A stretch of 64,000 bases of DNA. It comes from Oopsacas minuta. Lineage: Eukaryota; Animalia; Porifera. This document shows, in pieces, positions 61,322 to 64,000 of the stretch; positions within the stretch are counted from its first letter, which is position 1, and each line of letters opens with the position of its first letter. The stretch is taken from NCBI GenBank assembly GCA_024704765.1, contig JAKMXF010000361.1:77289-141288 (forward strand). Direction: 5' to 3'. Under the pieces are notes generated by a model. That model was given only the letters and a program-made list of their open reading frames with translations. It searched no databases and was not told the DNA's origin. A program made the position numbers and the translations under genes.

Positions 61322-61645
61322 TTAATCCAGAGAAGGCACTACGATAGGAGATGGTGCTCCTAACGTGTCCAACTTCTCAGGAGATGTCAGTGTAAGTACT
61401 TCCGCAATAAATTCAGAATTGGATGATTCGTAAGTAGGTTGGTTACACAGATAATCATGTTGCATGGAGTGAAGAGGAAGGAGGGTGAAAGAGCCTTGAG
61501 ATAGACGGGTATTAGCAAAGGGAGGAAGATCATCGGAAATAGAAGAGGAGTAATCATCCGGAAGAGAAGGGACGGCTTGAGGAGAGTCTATAGTAGAATT
61601 GTTAAAACGAGGAGGAGAGAGAGGGTTGCCACTTCTATTATCCAT
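61322..61645 (-). CDS. Possible small Ser/Pro-rich protein or orphan exon (107 aa)
   Basis: Base composition resembles nearby coding sequence; ATG start; no recognisable domain; an in-frame TGA lies just upstream of a GGGA repeat. Confidence 0.3.
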   Translation of the reverse strand: MDNRSGNPLSPPRFNNSTIDSPQAVPSLPDDYSSSISDDLPPFANTRLSQGSFTLLPLHSMQHDYLCNQPTYESSNSEFIAEVLTLTSPEKLDTLGAPSPIVVPSLD

Positions 61646-62644
61646 CCTCCCTCCCTCCCTCCCTCAGCACTGCTCAAGGAGACAGCTGTTTATTTCAGAA
61701 ATAAGAATTCTATTACTATAAATAGCTACACGTCTCGGATAGTTCATTATCCTTTCACCTTCTTAGGTGACAAAATTTAACAACATTTCACACAGTGATT
61801 GAATTGATCTGCTACATAAATATTTCTGTTGTATTATCATAAATTGTAATAATTTGTTCATAAAGGTGATCAACTCATTTCCAAACTCAATTAATTACGA
61901 CTAAATAATCCAATTAATGAAACAGCCAAAATTCACACGGAATCAACCCTTACTTCAATACTTGTAAATCTTACATACTTTCAAATTGTCTTAATTGCTA
62001 ATATTGTGCAAATTTCATGACGTTATCATAATTCTCACTCAGGAAATGATCCAAAGCGTATTCGACCCGCATACAAGCGCAAAAATTCTCAGCTAATATT
62101 TCTCTAGGCGGACGTAAAGTTGGCCAAGACTCCGAGAATTAGTATGCAATTCTAGGCATATGTTTAGCGTTTTCTTCCTCAATTAAATTATAGTTTACAA
62201 TTATTAGATAGAATATAGTATAGTAGGTAGTAAATAAACTCATTGTATTTGACTTTACCTAACACTATTTCAATTCAGAAAAGTAAATATATGGTATGAT
62301 AAATAAAAGTGAGTATAACATAGCAACAATGAGTCAATGATATAATGAGAACATGGTTTCGTCTAGGTTCTCAGGGTCATATATTAGGGTTGGCAGCCCT
62401 GTGCATGTAACAAGGTAAAATATACGGTGCAACAATGTTGTATTAAAAATACAATCTTCATGTCAAATGTTAGCAGAATAATTCAATATGTTCCTATTTC
62501 CATGCAAGAAGTTGCTCGCAACAGTTGCATCGTGTATATGATGTCTTTATAGATATACGCTTCCAAAAATGCTACTTATACGTATGTTTGTGAAATATAA
62601 TGATTGCGTCATAATGTTCGGTGATATCAAAATGCATTACATAT

Positions 62645-62877
62645 AAGGGTATGGGAAGAACAGTTTTCTCTAATAATGATTAATAGCCTAAAAATTGGAA
62701 CATCTAAAAATGGGGATGGGATGGGCTGGGAACCCTCATGGGCCATTGGAATGGAAATCATTATCTTGCAATGGGAATTCCTATATGGGAAAACCCAGGG
62801 AAATCCCCACAGAAATCATGTGGGAATGGGATGGAGATGGGAATGGCAAATGTAATTCCGTACCCAGGGCAACCCTG
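62645..62877. mobile_element. hAT-like MITE remnant
   Basis: GGGA(A)T-rich interior and a right end GGGCAACCCTG; left boundary uncertain. Confidence 0.4.
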
Positions 62878-63356
62878 CTGGATTGTTGACATGAATTTCT
62901 ACAATTATATTTAATACATCCTGAACCTACGCCATAGCCATTTCACGAGGTTACGATTGTGTGTAGCTTAACTAATAAAATAATATCACAGCAAAAAGAA
63001 TTCCAGGCATGAATAATGATGGATTTAACCGGTCTTTAACCCAGAGGGTAGTTAGCATTTCATCTTTGGGCTTGAATTGGGCATGCAGGAGTACCGTTGT
63101 GAGCAACCTCAATAATACACATTTCTAATCCCAGTATTACAGGAGTTGCTACTAGAGTTCCAAGTAATTTCCATGGGACTGCCAGCGACCCTCATGCTAC
63201 ATCTAAAATTCAATATAGAAGGGCCAGGTAAATAGATAACAGGGAAAGTAAAACAAATCATAAAGTTAAGATTACATGCATTGTGAAGATCGGAACAAAT
63301 GAATACTATGGATAGAAAGGAGATAGCTATTAAAATATTATAGATAGAACGCTAAA

Positions 63357-63464
63357 CTAAGCACTAATGTATGAATCTGCTGTGACAGAGGCGAGTGCGT
63401 CATCTCTAGCCTGATCTCTCATGTCTCGCTCAGAACCTTCTTCATCCTCACTCTCACAAGAAAG

Positions 63465-63534
<70 letters not shown>

Positions 63535-64000
63535 AACGAGTTAGAGGGAGTGAGGAACTCAACCCCCTGTGAGAAGAATAGCTCAGTCATGTCTACCGAC
63601 AACTTTCTTCCACAATCCCTCAGCTTCTGAGACGTGTAACGAGACACAACACCCTCCTCAAAGTCACCCTCACTTAGATAGGAAGTGACCTCTGAGATAT
63701 CACTATCATCTTCATCAGAAACAGCCATTCGTATTGCCTCAAAGTCATGAGGTTTGTCACCTAGTGAGTAGTGCTGGTCTACTGCTTCAGACACAGAGAA
63801 GGCTTGAGCATCGATCAGATCAGGATTCTGATAATTATTGATGACACGATTCAGAGAACTCAGACCAGATTGTATTAGATAATCACTATTGAGTGATCGA
63901 GCTGCACGAAGAAACTTCAGCATGTGGTAGAGACGTGTTTCATTCTCTGATACCAGAGAGGCTACCTCTGAGTATATCTCTTCCCTCACTTGATCGAATG
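63357..64000 (-). CDS. PCM1: Pericentriolar material 1 (PCM1) C-terminal region, 5' part beyond right edge
   Basis: FDQVREEIYSEVASLVSENETRLYHMLKFLRAARSLNSDYL resembles PCM1 TIYSEVATLISQNESRPHFLIELFHELQLLNTDYL; SRYTSQKLRDCGRKLSVDMTELFF resembles AKFAGRKLKDCGEDLLVEISEVLF. The frame is open to the window edge. Confidence 0.82.
63465..63533 (-). repeat. (CAA)23 microsatellite encoding poly-Gln in PCM1
   Basis: 69 nt of uninterrupted TTG on the plus strand, in frame as CAA codons. Confidence 0.95.

Noticed and set aside
63421-63630. Poly-cysteine ORF on the plus strand
   Set aside because: Antisense reading of the (CAA)23 tract inside PCM1.

Overview
AT-rich eukaryotic (animal) genomic DNA with short GT-AG introns, many intronless genes and dense MITE litter. 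Gene content and architecture suggest a non-bilaterian animal, most plausibly a glass sponge (inference only). Seven top-level genes run head-to-tail on the minus strand across the whole window: PCM1 (3' end), a 12-exon Crumbs-like LamG/EGF receptor (32193-59903), an 18-exon dynamin, cystathionine gamma-lyase, DDX1, SPEF2 and kinesin-1 heavy chain (runs off the left edge). The two long genes are hosts. Crumbs-like introns hold CDK20 and a divergent actin (antisense), LRRC71, PPP1R11 and EARS2 (same strand as the host), a U6 snRNA, a tRNA-Met and a decayed membrane-protein pseudogene. Dynamin introns hold an acylated adenylate-kinase-like gene, a secreted ependymin-like gene and an NHL-type pseudogene. 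Eight of 13 visible start codons have a YAG 1-9 nt upstream. Together with the strand bias and same-strand nesting, this suggests spliced-leader trans-splicing and operon-like or intron-hosted expression. Exon structures were derived by hand from splice signals, phase continuity and remembered family sequences; no database searches were run.
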